From assembly GCA_963743805.1 (NCBI GenBank), contig CAVUQY010000005.1:1075505-1139504 (forward strand): 64,000 nt of DNA. Reading direction: 5' to 3'. Under the pieces are notes generated by a model that was not told the DNA's origin, searched no databases, and saw nothing but the letters and a program-made list of their open reading frames with translations. Shown in pieces: positions 54,982 to 64,000 of the stretch (the stretch's first letter is position 1; each line of letters opens with the position of its first letter). A program made the position numbers and the translations under genes. The stretch comes from an uncultured beta proteobacterium (lineage in GTDB: Bacteria > Pseudomonadota > Gammaproteobacteria > Burkholderiales > SG8-39).

Positions 54982-56587
54982 ATGATCCGCTCGACGATGC
55001 AGCGTGCGCCGCTGTCGATCAACCAGATCCTCGAGCGCGCGGGCAAGCTGTATCCGGAATCCGAGATCGTCAGCCGGCTGCCCGACAAGTCGCTGGCCCG
55101 CCACCGTTTCGCCGACTTCTACCGCCGGTCCCGGGCGCTCGCGTCCGCGCTGATCGCCGCCGGGCTCCAGAAGGGCGATCGCGTCGCGACGCTGTGCTGG
55201 AACCACTACGCCCACCTCGAGTGCTACTTCGGCATCCCCGCGGCCGGCGGCGTGATGCACACGCTGAACCTGCGCCTGTCGCCCGAGGAGATCGGCTGGA
55301 TCGCCAACCACGCGCAGGACCGGTTCCTGATCGTCGACGACGTGCTCCTGCCGCTCTACGAGCAGTTCAAGGCACGGGCACCGTTCGAGAAGGTGGTCGT
55401 CGTGCCGCTCACCCGCAAGTCGGTTGCGGCGCCGCTCGTGGATTACGAGGCGTTCCTCAACGGCGCGCCGGCGCGATTCGAGTACGCGCCGCACGAGGAG
55501 GACGACCCGATCGCCATGTGCTACACGTCCGGGACGACCGGGCGGCCGAAGGGCGTCGTGTACTCGCACCGCTCGACCGTGATCCACACGCTCGTGGCGA
55601 ACCAGCCGGATCACTGGGGACTCTCCGCGCGCGACTCGGTGCTGCCCGCCACGCCGATGTTCCACGCGAACTGCTGGGGTGTGCCGTACGTGTGCGCAAT
55701 GATGGGCATCAAGCTGGTCTTTCCCGGCCCGCACCTCGCGCCCGAGGACCTGCTGGACCTGATGGCGCGGGAGAAGCCGACCTACGCCCTCGGCGTGCCG
55801 ACGATCTGGCTCGGCATGCTCCAGCTTCTCGACGCGCAGCCCGACCGCCACAAGCTGCCGCCGGGCATGCGCATGCTCGTCGGCGGCGCGCCGGTGCCCG
55901 AAGTCGCTCATCCGCGCCTACGCGCGCCACGGCGCGGCGGTGAGCCCCGGCTGGGGGATGACCGAGATGAGCCCGCTCGGCACGCTCTCGTTCATCAAGC
56001 CCGAGTTGCTGAACGCGAGCGAGGACGAGCGCTTCGCGCGGCTCGGCATGGCGGGCGTGCCGATGCCGGTGATGGACATCCGCATCGTCGGCGGCGACGG
56101 GGCCGAGCAGCCCTGGGACGGAAAGAGCGTCGGCGAGATCCAGGTGCGCGGGCCGTTCATCACCGGCAGCTACCACGACGCGCCGCACGACCCGGACAAG
56201 TTCACCGCCGACGGCTGGCTGCGCACCGGCGACGTCGCCTCGATCGACGCGCACGGCTACGTGCGCATCTCCGACCGCACCAAGGACCTGATCAAGTCGG
56301 GCGGCGAATGGATCAGCTCGGTCGACATGGAGAACCTGCTGATGGCGCACCCGGCGGTGCAGGAGGCGGCCGTGATCGCGATCGCCGACGCGAAATGGGG
56401 CGAGCGCCCGCTCGCCTGCGTGGTGCTCAAGGCGGGCAAGGCCGCGTCGCCGGACGAGCTGCGCGCCCACCTCGGCGGCAAGCTCGCCAAGTGGCAGCTG
56501 CCGGACCGCTTCGAGTTTCTCGACGCGATCCCGCGCACCTCGACGGGCAAGTTCTGGAAGGTCAAGCTGCGCGAGCGCTACCGATAG
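54982..56587 (+). CDS. Acyl-CoA ligase, AlkK/DmdB-like medium-chain family (apparent frameshift near 55900)
   Basis: YTSGTTGRPKGV, PMFHANCWG, WGMTE, TGD, DRTKDLIKSGGEWISS and PRTSTGK motifs. Confidence 0.9.
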
Positions 56588-56596
56588 ACTCGTCGC

Positions 56597-57748
56597 ATGC
56601 GCACCAGCACCGACCGCATCCTCACGACGCACGTCGGCAGCCTGCCGCGACCGCAGGATGTCGTCGATGCGCTGTTCGCGCAGGACCGCGGAGAGCCGGT
56701 CGACCCCGAAGCGTTCGACGCGACGATGCGCGCCGCGGTCTTCGATGCGGTGAGCAAGCAGGTTGCGGCAGGCGTCGACGTCGTGAGCGACGGCGAGACG
56801 AGCAAGATCAGTTACGCGACCTACATCCGGCATCGCCTCACCGGGTTCGAGATCGGCGAGTCCCCGCGCCAGGTGCCGAGCGACATCGACGACTTCCCGG
56901 GGTTCAAGGCGCGCCTGGCGAAGATCGGCGACACGCCGAAGTACCACCGCCCGATCTGCCGCGGTCCGATTGCGGTGAAGGACCTTGCGCCGTTGCGCAA
57001 GGACATCGAGCATCTGAAGGCCGCGATGGCGGCGGCCGGCGCGACGGAGGGCTTCATGAACGCTGCGTCGCCCGGCGTGATCGCGGTGTTCCAGCCGAAC
57101 GAGCACTACCCGACGCAGGAGCAGTACCTCGAGGCGATCGCGCAGGCGATGCGTGCGGAGTACGAGACGATCGTCGGGGCCGGCTTGCTGTTGCAGATCG
57201 ACGCGCCCGATCTCGCGATGGGGCGCCACATCGCCTTCCGCGGTGCGTCCGAAGCCGAGTTCCTGCGCAATGCCCGGCTGCAGGTCGAGGCGCTCAACCA
57301 CGCGCTCGCCAACGTGCCGGCCGATCGGGTGCGCCTGCACATCTGCTGGGGCAACTACGAGGGCCCGCATCATCACGACATTCCGCTCGAGCGAATCATC
57401 GACCTCGTTCTGGCCGTGAAGGCGCAGGCCATCCTGTTCGAGGGCGCGAACCCGCGCCACGCGCACGAGTGGACGGTGTGGCAGGCGACGAAGGTGCCGG
57501 AGGACAAGATCCTCGTCCCCGGCGTCATCGACAGCGTCTCGAACTTCGTCGAGCACCCCGCGCTCGTGGCGGAGCGGATCTGCCGCTACGCCGACATCGT
57601 CGGCCGCGAGCGAGTCATCGCCGGCACCGACTGCGGGTTCGGCACCTTCGCCGGCGCCGGCGCGGTCCATCCGCCGATCGCTTACGCGAAGCTCGCGGCG
57701 ATGGCGGAGGGCGCGGCAATCGCGTCCCGGCGACTCTGGGGCCGCTGA
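56597..57748 (+). CDS. Cobalamin-independent methionine synthase II / epoxyalkane:CoM transferase-like Zn enzyme
   Basis: ILTTHVGSLPRP, SDGE, QIDAPD, HICWGN, EGANPRHAHE and TDCGF motifs. Confidence 0.85.
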   Translation: MRTSTDRILTTHVGSLPRPQDVVDALFAQDRGEPVDPEAFDATMRAAVFDAVSKQVAAGVDVVSDGETSKISYATYIRHRLTGFEIGESPRQVPSDIDDFPGFKARLAKIGDTPKYHRPICRGPIAVKDLAPLRKDIEHLKAAMAAAGATEGFMNAASPGVIAVFQPNEHYPTQEQYLEAIAQAMRAEYETIVGAGLLLQIDAPDLAMGRHIAFRGASEAEFLRNARLQVEALNHALANVPADRVRLHICWGNYEGPHHHDIPLERIIDLVLAVKAQAILFEGANPRHAHEWTVWQATKVPEDKILVPGVIDSVSNFVEHPALVAERICRYADIVGRERVIAGTDCGFGTFAGAGAVHPPIAYAKLAAMAEGAAIASRRLWGR

Positions 57749-57851
57749 GTCCCAGCGCCGTTTCCCAACGCTGCGGGGCGGCTCTATACTCCCCGCCTCC
57801 GCATCCACACGGCATCCACGGCGCGCCTTGCGCCGTCCACACGGAGACGCA

Positions 57852-58598
57852 ATGAACCAGCTCGACTTCAAGGGCCGCACGGCCATCGTCACCGGCGGCG
57901 CGCAGGGGATCGGCCTCGCCATCGTCAGGCGGCTGCTCGACTCGGGCGCGACGGTGCGCATCTGGGATCGCGACAAGGCGCTGCTCGACAAGACGATCTC
58001 GTCGCTGCCGGGGCCGGTCAGCGGGGCCGCGGTCGACGTCACCGACGGCCCGTCGATCACGCAGGCGACCGACGCGGCGCTCAAGGATCTGCGCAAGGTC
58101 GACGTGCTGGTGAACAACGCCGGCATCGCCGGCATGGCCGTGCCCACCGTCGACCTCCCGGTCGAGGAGTGGGAGCGGGTCATCAAGGTCAACCTCACGG
58201 GACCGTTCCTCACCTGCCGGGCGCTCGCGCCGCACATGGCGAAGGCGAAGTACGGGCGCATCGTGAACATCGCCTCGATCGCCGGCAAGGAAGGCAATCC
58301 GAACGCGTCGGCCTACTCGGCGTCGAAGGCGGGCGTCATTGCGCTCACCAAGAGCCTCGGCAAGGAGCTCGCCCAGGCCGGCGTGCTGGTGAACTGCGTG
58401 ACCCCGGCGGCGGCGAAGACGGCGATCTTCGACCAGATCACCCAGCAGCACATCGACTACATGCTCGCCAAGATCCCGATGGGGCGCTTCGTCAAGGTCG
58501 AGGAGATCGCCGCGCTGGTGTGCTGGCTCGCCTCCGAGGACTGCGCGTTCTCGACCGGCGGGGTGTTCGACATCTCCGGCGGTCGCGCGACGTACTGA
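57852..58598 (+). CDS. SDR oxidoreductase (FabG-like / keto-deoxy-sugar-acid dehydrogenase-like)
   Basis: TGGAQGIG, NNAGI, YSASK and DISGGRATY; TATACT at 57785-57790. Confidence 0.9.
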   Translation: MNQLDFKGRTAIVTGGAQGIGLAIVRRLLDSGATVRIWDRDKALLDKTISSLPGPVSGAAVDVTDGPSITQATDAALKDLRKVDVLVNNAGIAGMAVPTVDLPVEEWERVIKVNLTGPFLTCRALAPHMAKAKYGRIVNIASIAGKEGNPNASAYSASKAGVIALTKSLGKELAQAGVLVNCVTPAAAKTAIFDQITQQHIDYMLAKIPMGRFVKVEEIAALVCWLASEDCAFSTGGVFDISGGRATY

Positions 58599-58620
58599 GC
58601 GCGGGGCGAGCGCGGCGGCG

Positions 58621-59793
58621 ATGCAGCTCGCGGGCGTCCGCGTCGTCGACCTCACCCGCATCCTCTCCGGGCCGTTCTGCACCCAGCTCCTCGCCGACCT
58701 CGGCGCGGACGTGATCAAGATCGAGCCGCCGGAAGGCGACCCGATCCGCGCCCAGGGCGCGATCGTCGAGGGACTGTCCTGGTACTTCGCCGCGTTCAAC
58801 CGCAACAAGCGCTCGGTGGTGCTCGACCTGCGCGCCGCAGCGGGCAGGCGGGCGCTCGAACGACTCATCGCGACCGCCGACGTCGTAGTCGACAACTTCC
58901 GCCCCGGCGTCATGGCTGCGCTGGGCTTGTCGCGCGACCGCCTCGACGCGATCCGTCCGGGCATCATCCATACGAGCGTCACCGGCTTCGGCGAGACCGG
59001 GCCCTACGTCGACCGCCCCGCCTTCGACTTCATCGCCCAGGCGATGAGCGGCTGGATGAGCATGAACGGGACGCCCGAGTCCGGCGCGCTGCGCAGCGGC
59101 CCCCCGATAAGCGATCTCGTCGCCGGGCTCTATGCCGCGCTCGGCACGGTCGCGGCGTTGTTTCGGCGTGAACGAACCGGCCGGGGCGAGCGCGTCGGTG
59201 CGGCGCTCGTCGACGGACTGGTGAGCTTCGGCGCCTTCATGTCGGCCGAGTGCCTCGCGACCGGTCGGCTGCCCGAGCGCACCGGGAACGACCACGCGCT
59301 CGTCGCGCCGTACGGGCTCTTTCCCGCCACCGACGGCGAGGTGGCCATCGCGCCGTCGCACGACGGCGTCTATCTCAAGCTCCTCGCCGCGCTCGGGCTC
59401 GAGCACCTGCGCGACGACCCGCGATTCGGCACGAACGCGCTCCGGGTCGCGAACCGCGCCGCGATCAACGCGGAGATCGGCGCCCGGACCCGCGCGCACC
59501 CGCGTGCGCACTGGATCGAGCGGCTCAACGCCGCCGGCGTGCCCTGCGGCGTGGTGATGAACCTCGCCGAGGCCTACGCCGACCCGCAGATCGCCTCGCA
59601 GGAGATGGTGCTCGCCATCGAGCATCCCGGCCGCGGCGCGGTGCGCATGACGGGTTTCCCGATAAAATTCGCCGACGCGCCGTGCATGGTGCGCCACCCG
59701 GCGCCGGAGCTCGGCGCGCACACCGCCGAGGTGCTGCGCGCGGCGGGGCTCGGCGACGCGGAGATCGCGCACTTGAGCGGAAAGGCCCCATGA
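58621..59793 (+). CDS. CaiB/BaiF class III CoA-transferase
   Basis: LADLGADVIKIE, NRNKRS, NFRPG, TGFG and ISDLVAG motifs. Confidence 0.92.
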   Translation: MQLAGVRVVDLTRILSGPFCTQLLADLGADVIKIEPPEGDPIRAQGAIVEGLSWYFAAFNRNKRSVVLDLRAAAGRRALERLIATADVVVDNFRPGVMAALGLSRDRLDAIRPGIIHTSVTGFGETGPYVDRPAFDFIAQAMSGWMSMNGTPESGALRSGPPISDLVAGLYAALGTVAALFRRERTGRGERVGAALVDGLVSFGAFMSAECLATGRLPERTGNDHALVAPYGLFPATDGEVAIAPSHDGVYLKLLAALGLEHLRDDPRFGTNALRVANRAAINAEIGARTRAHPRAHWIERLNAAGVPCGVVMNLAEAYADPQIASQEMVLAIEHPGRGAVRMTGFPIKFADAPCMVRHPAPELGAHTAEVLRAAGLGDAEIAHLSGKAP

Positions 59794-60710
59794 CACGCCT
59801 CTACATCCACGAAGTCGTCACCCGCGACGGCTTCCAGATCGAGCCGCGCTTCATCCCGACGGAACAAAAGATCGCACTGATCGACCGGCTCTCGGACACC
59901 GGTCTTCACAAGATCGAAGTCACCTCGTTCGTTTCGCCGAAGGCGGTGCCGGCGCTCGCCGACGCGGAAGGCGTGATGGCGGGCATCCGGCGCAACCCGG
60001 CGGTGAAGTACGTCGCGCTGGTCGCGAACCCGAAGGGCGCCGAGCGCGCGCTCGCGGCCAAGGTGGACGAGATCGTGCTCGTCATTTCCGTGTCGGAGAG
60101 CCACAACCGCTCGAACGTGCGACGCTCGACCGAAGAGTCGTTCGCCGGCTTCGCGGAGATCATGCACACGCTCGAGGGCACGGGCGTGAAGGTCGCGTGC
60201 GGCATGGCGACCACGTTCGGCTGCCCGTTCGAGGGCTTCCAGCCGCTCGACCGCATCCTGAAGTTCGTCGACCGCCTGGTCGGCCTCGGCGTCGACTCGA
60301 TTGCCCTCGCGGACACGATCGGCATGGGCAACCCGACGCAGATCCGCGGACATCTGCACCGAAGTGCGCGCGCGCTTTCCCGAATTACGAGTTCGCCCTC
60401 CACTCTGCACAACACGCGCGGCATGGGCCTTGCGAACGTGCTGTCCGGGCTCGAGACCGGCATCACGCACTACGAATCGTCGCTCGGCGGCCTGGGCGGC
60501 TGCCCCTTCGCACCGGGCGCGACCGGCAACATCTGCACCGAAGACCTGGTGCACATGCTGCACGAGATGGGACACGACACCGGCGTCGATCTCGACAAGC
60601 TCATCGCCGCCTCGCGCGGCTTGCCCGCGCTCGTCGGCCACGACGTGCCCGGCCAGGTCGTGAAGGCCGGCAAGAGCACTGACCTCCATCCGCTGCCCGC
60701 GGGCCTATAA
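59790..60710 (+). CDS. HMG-CoA lyase / citramalyl-CoA lyase family (DRE-TIM); compensating indels near 60345-60405
   Basis: EVVTRDGFQ, TSFVSPKAVP, LADTIG, LHNTRG and GGLGGCPFAPGATGNI motifs. Confidence 0.9.
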   Translation: MTRLYIHEVVTRDGFQIEPRFIPTEQKIALIDRLSDTGLHKIEVTSFVSPKAVPALADAEGVMAGIRRNPAVKYVALVANPKGAERALAAKVDEIVLVISVSESHNRSNVRRSTEESFAGFAEIMHTLEGTGVKVACGMATTFGCPFEGFQPLDRILKFVDRLVGLGVDSIALADTIGMGNPTQIRGHLHRSARALSRITSSPSTLHNTRGMGLANVLSGLETGITHYESSLGGLGGCPFAPGATGNICTEDLVHMLHEMGHDTGVDLDKLIAASRGLPALVGHDVPGQVVKAGKSTDLHPLPAGL

Positions 60711-60721
60711 GGACGACAACA

Positions 60722-62456
60722 ATGGCTGACACCAAGAAATCCAAGCTCCGTTCCACCGAGTGGTTCGGCCGCACCGACCGCGACGGTTTCATCTACCGCA
60801 GCTGGATCAAGAACCGCGGCATCCCGCACGACCAGTTCGACGGCCGTCCGGTGATCGGGATCTGCAACACGTTCTCCGAGCTGACGCCGTGCAACTCGCA
60901 CTTCCGCACCATCGCCGACTACGTGAAGCAAGGGCGTGCTCGACGCGGGCGGCTTCCCGCTCGAGTTCCCGGTGATGTCGCTCGGCGAGACGATGCTGCG
61001 CCCCACCGCGATGCTGTTCCGCAATCTCGCGAGCATGGACGTCGAGGAGTCGATCCGCGCCAACCCGATCGACGGCGTGGTGCTGCTCTTCGGCTGCGAC
61101 AAGACGACGCCGGCGCTGCTGATGGGCGCGGCGAGCGTCGACGTGCCCGCGATCGGCGTGTCCGGCGGGCCGATGCTCTCCGGCAAGTTCCGCGGCCAGG
61201 ACATCGGCTCGGGCACCGGCACCTGGCAGATGAGCGAGGACGTGCGCGCGGGCAAGATGTCGCAGGAGGACTTCTTCGAGGCCGAGTCGTGCATGCACCG
61301 CTCGCACGGCCACTGCATGACGATGGGCACCGCCTCGACGATGGCGTCGATGGTCGAATCGCTCGGCATGGGACTGCCCGGCAACGCCGCGTTTCCGGCG
61401 GTGGACGGACGGCGGAACGTCATCGCCCGGATGGCGGGGCGGCGCATCGTCGACATGGTCAAGGAGGATCTCCGCATGTCGAAGATCCTGACGCGCGAGG
61501 CGTTCGAGAACGCGATCATGACGCTCGCGGCGATCGGCGGCTCGACCAACGCCGTGATCCATCTGCTGGCGATCGCCGGCCGCATGGGGGTGAAGCTCGA
61601 GCTGGAGGACTTCGACCGGATCGGCAGCCGGCTGCCCTGTCTCGTCAACCTGCAGCCGTCGGGGCACTACCTGATGGAGGACTTCTGCTACGCGGGCGGT
61701 CTGCCCGCGGTGCTGCGCGAGCTCGGCCAGGCCGGCGTGCTGAACAAGAACGCGCTCACCGTGAACGGCAAGACGATCTGGGACAACAACAAGGACGCCC
61801 CCTGCCACAACCGCGAGGTCGTCTTCGCGTACGAGAAGCCGTTCAAGGCGGCGGCGGGCATCGCGGTGCTGAAGGGAAACCTGGCGCCCGACGGCGCCGT
61901 GATCAAGCCTTCGGCGGCGACGCCTTCGCTCCTCAAGCATCGCGGCCGCGCGGTGGTGTTCGAGGACATCACCGACTTCCACCAGCGCATCGACGACGAG
62001 AACCTCGACATCGACGAGACGTGCGTGATGGTGCTCAAGAACTGCGGACCGAAGGGCTATCCCGGCATGGCGGAGGCCGGCAACATGCCGCTGCCGCCGA
62101 AAGTGCTGCGCAAGGGAATCACCGACATGGTGCGCATCTCGGACGCGCGCATGAGCGGCACCGCGTACGGCACCGTCGTGCTGCACAGCGCGCCGGAGGC
62201 GGCGGCGGGCGGGCCGCTCGCGTTCGTGCGCAACGGCGACATGATCGAGCTCGACGTCGCGGGCCGGAAGCTGCACCTCGAGGTGTCCGACGCGGAGCTC
62301 GCCAGGCGCAAGGCCGAGTGGAAGGGCCCGCCGCAGCATCTCGCGCGCGGCTACAACAAGCTCTACGTCGACCGCGTGATGCAGGCGAACAAGGGCGCGG
62401 ACCTCGACTTCCTGGTCGGCAAGAGCGGGTCGGCCGTCCCCAAGGACAACCACTAG
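60722..62456 (+). CDS. IlvD/Edd family sugar-acid dehydratase (arabinonate/xylonate-type; apparent frameshift near 60930)
   Basis: GICNTFSELTPCN, GCDKTTP, GHCMTMGTAS, GGSTNA and ISDARMSGT motifs. Confidence 0.92.
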
Positions 62457-62481
62457 CCGGCCCGCCAGCGCGCGCCCGGGC

Positions 62482-64000
62482 TCAGGCCCGAGCCACCACC
62501 GGCGCGTCGTCGACCGAAGGTTCGGGCTTGGTCTCGGCCCGCAGCTCGTCCACCGGCGGCTCCTCGGGCAGCTCGGTGACCGTCTCGGTCGGGGCGATGT
62601 CGCGCGGCAGAAACCCGCCCGACTGGTGCCGCCACAGCCGCTCGTAGTGACCGCGCAGCCGCAGCAGCTCGTCGTGCGTCCCCGCTTCGACGATGCGGCC
62701 CGCCTCGAGCACGATCAGGCGGTCCATCCGCGCGATGGTCGAAAGTCGGTGCGCGATCGCGATCACGGTCTTGCCTTCCATGAGGCCGAGCAGCTGCTCC
62801 TGGATCGCGAGCTCCACTTCGCTGTCGAGCGCGGAGGTCGCCTCGTCGAGCACGAGGATCGGCGCGTCCTTGAGCACCACGCGCGCGATCGCGATGCGCT
62901 GCCGCTGTCCGCCGGAGAGCTTGACGCCGCGCTCGCCCACGTGGGCCTCGTAGCCGGTGCGGCCGGTCCAGTCCTGCAGCCCCTCGATGAACTCGTGCGC
63001 CTGCGCCTTGCGCGCGGCCGCCTCCACCTCCGCGTCGCTGGCGCTCGGCCGGCCATAGCGGATGTTGGCGGCGATCGAGCGGTGCAGGAGCGAGGTGTCC
63101 TGCGTCACCATGCCGATCGCCGCGCGCAAGGATCTCCTGTGTGACGGCGCCGATGTCCTGGCCATCGATGCGGATCGCGCCCCGCTCCGGCTCGTGGAAG
63201 CGCAATAGCAGGTTGACGAGCGTCGACTTGCCCGCGCCCGAGCGCCCGACGAGGCCGACGCGCTCGCCGGGCCGGATCGCGAGGTTCAGGCGGTCGAGCA
63301 CCGGCTTGCCGTCGCTGCGGCCGTAGCTGAAGCTCACGTCCTCGAAGCGGATCTCGCCGCGCGTCACCTCGAGTGCGCGCGCGCCGGGGCGGTCCTGTCC
63401 GGTGTGCGGCACGGCGATCGTCTGCATCCCTTCCTGCACCACGCCGATGTTCTCGAAGATGCCGGTCACCTCCCAGCTCACCCAGCCGGCGACGTTGGCG
63501 ATCTGCCAGGCGAGCGGCAGCGCGGTGGCGACCACGCCCGCGCTCACCACGCCCTGCGCCCAGAGCCAGATGCCGATGACCGCGGTGCCGGTGAGGAGCG
63601 CTGCGTTCATCACCGCCAGCGCGAACATGAACTGCGAGATCAGCCGCATGTGGGCGCCGATGGCGCGCTGGTGGTCGTCGATCACCTCGCGCACGTAGGC
63701 GTCCTCGTCGGCGAGCCGCGCGAAGAGCTTGACGGTGAGGATGTTGGTGTAGCTGTCCACCACCCGTGCCATGACGTGCGAGCGCACCTCCGAGCTCGCC
63801 CGGGCGAGATCGCGCATGCGCGGAACGAAGTAGCGCAGAAAGACGAGGTAGCCGGCGAACCACAGCGAGCGTGGGGACGCCGAGCCGCCAGTCCGCGAGG
63901 GCCATCAGCACGAGCGCGCCGATGCCGTACACCGCGATGTACCAGACCGCCCGGATGCTCGCCATCACGCTCTCGCGCAGCGCGTTGGCGGTCTGCATCA
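62482..64000 (-). CDS. ABC exporter, fused permease/ATPase (5' end outside window; apparent frameshifts near 63130 and 63870)
   Basis: [30 protein letters not shown] and IAHRLST; TM segment upstream. Confidence 0.9.

Overview
Very GC-rich bacterial chromosomal window, probably Betaproteobacteria judging by the Bug/TctC proteins and the tkt-gap-pgk-pyk gene order. It contains many single-base frameshifts, including in gap, pgk and tkt, which look like long-read assembly errors. In order, it holds: (1) a TetR/epimerase/TctABC operon divergent from a MetE-like gene; (2) a ~2 kb islet with an unannotated 25-aa membrane peptide, an orphan hydrogenase maturation gene (HupH/HoxQ-like) and an orphan HigA-like HTH gene, the last two each preceded by an FNR-type box; (3) an epimerase-GNAT-DHDPS-like operon; (4) a Calvin-cycle cluster, cbbR divergent from cbbL-cbbS-fba-cbbY-fbp-prk-tkt-gap-pgk-pyk, whose form IA RubisCO has no linked activase and an atypical C-terminus; (5) a four-gene type II PKS/FAS-like locus (KS, CLF-like partner, stand-alone PKS-type C-methyltransferase, fused double-hotdog dehydratase) with no ACP; (6) an oxidoreductase, nudC, speD and dadA; (7) a long sugar-acid catabolic region with ABC, TTT and TRAP uptake systems; (8) CoA-transferases, an acyl-CoA ligase, a second MetE-like gene, an HMG-CoA-lyase-like gene, an IlvD/Edd dehydratase and a truncated ABC exporter. 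An 87-bp multi-hairpin element occurs three times between co-transcribed genes, always in the same orientation relative to the mRNA. I found no rRNA, tRNA, CRISPR array or transposase. All calls come from reading the sequence; no database searches were run.
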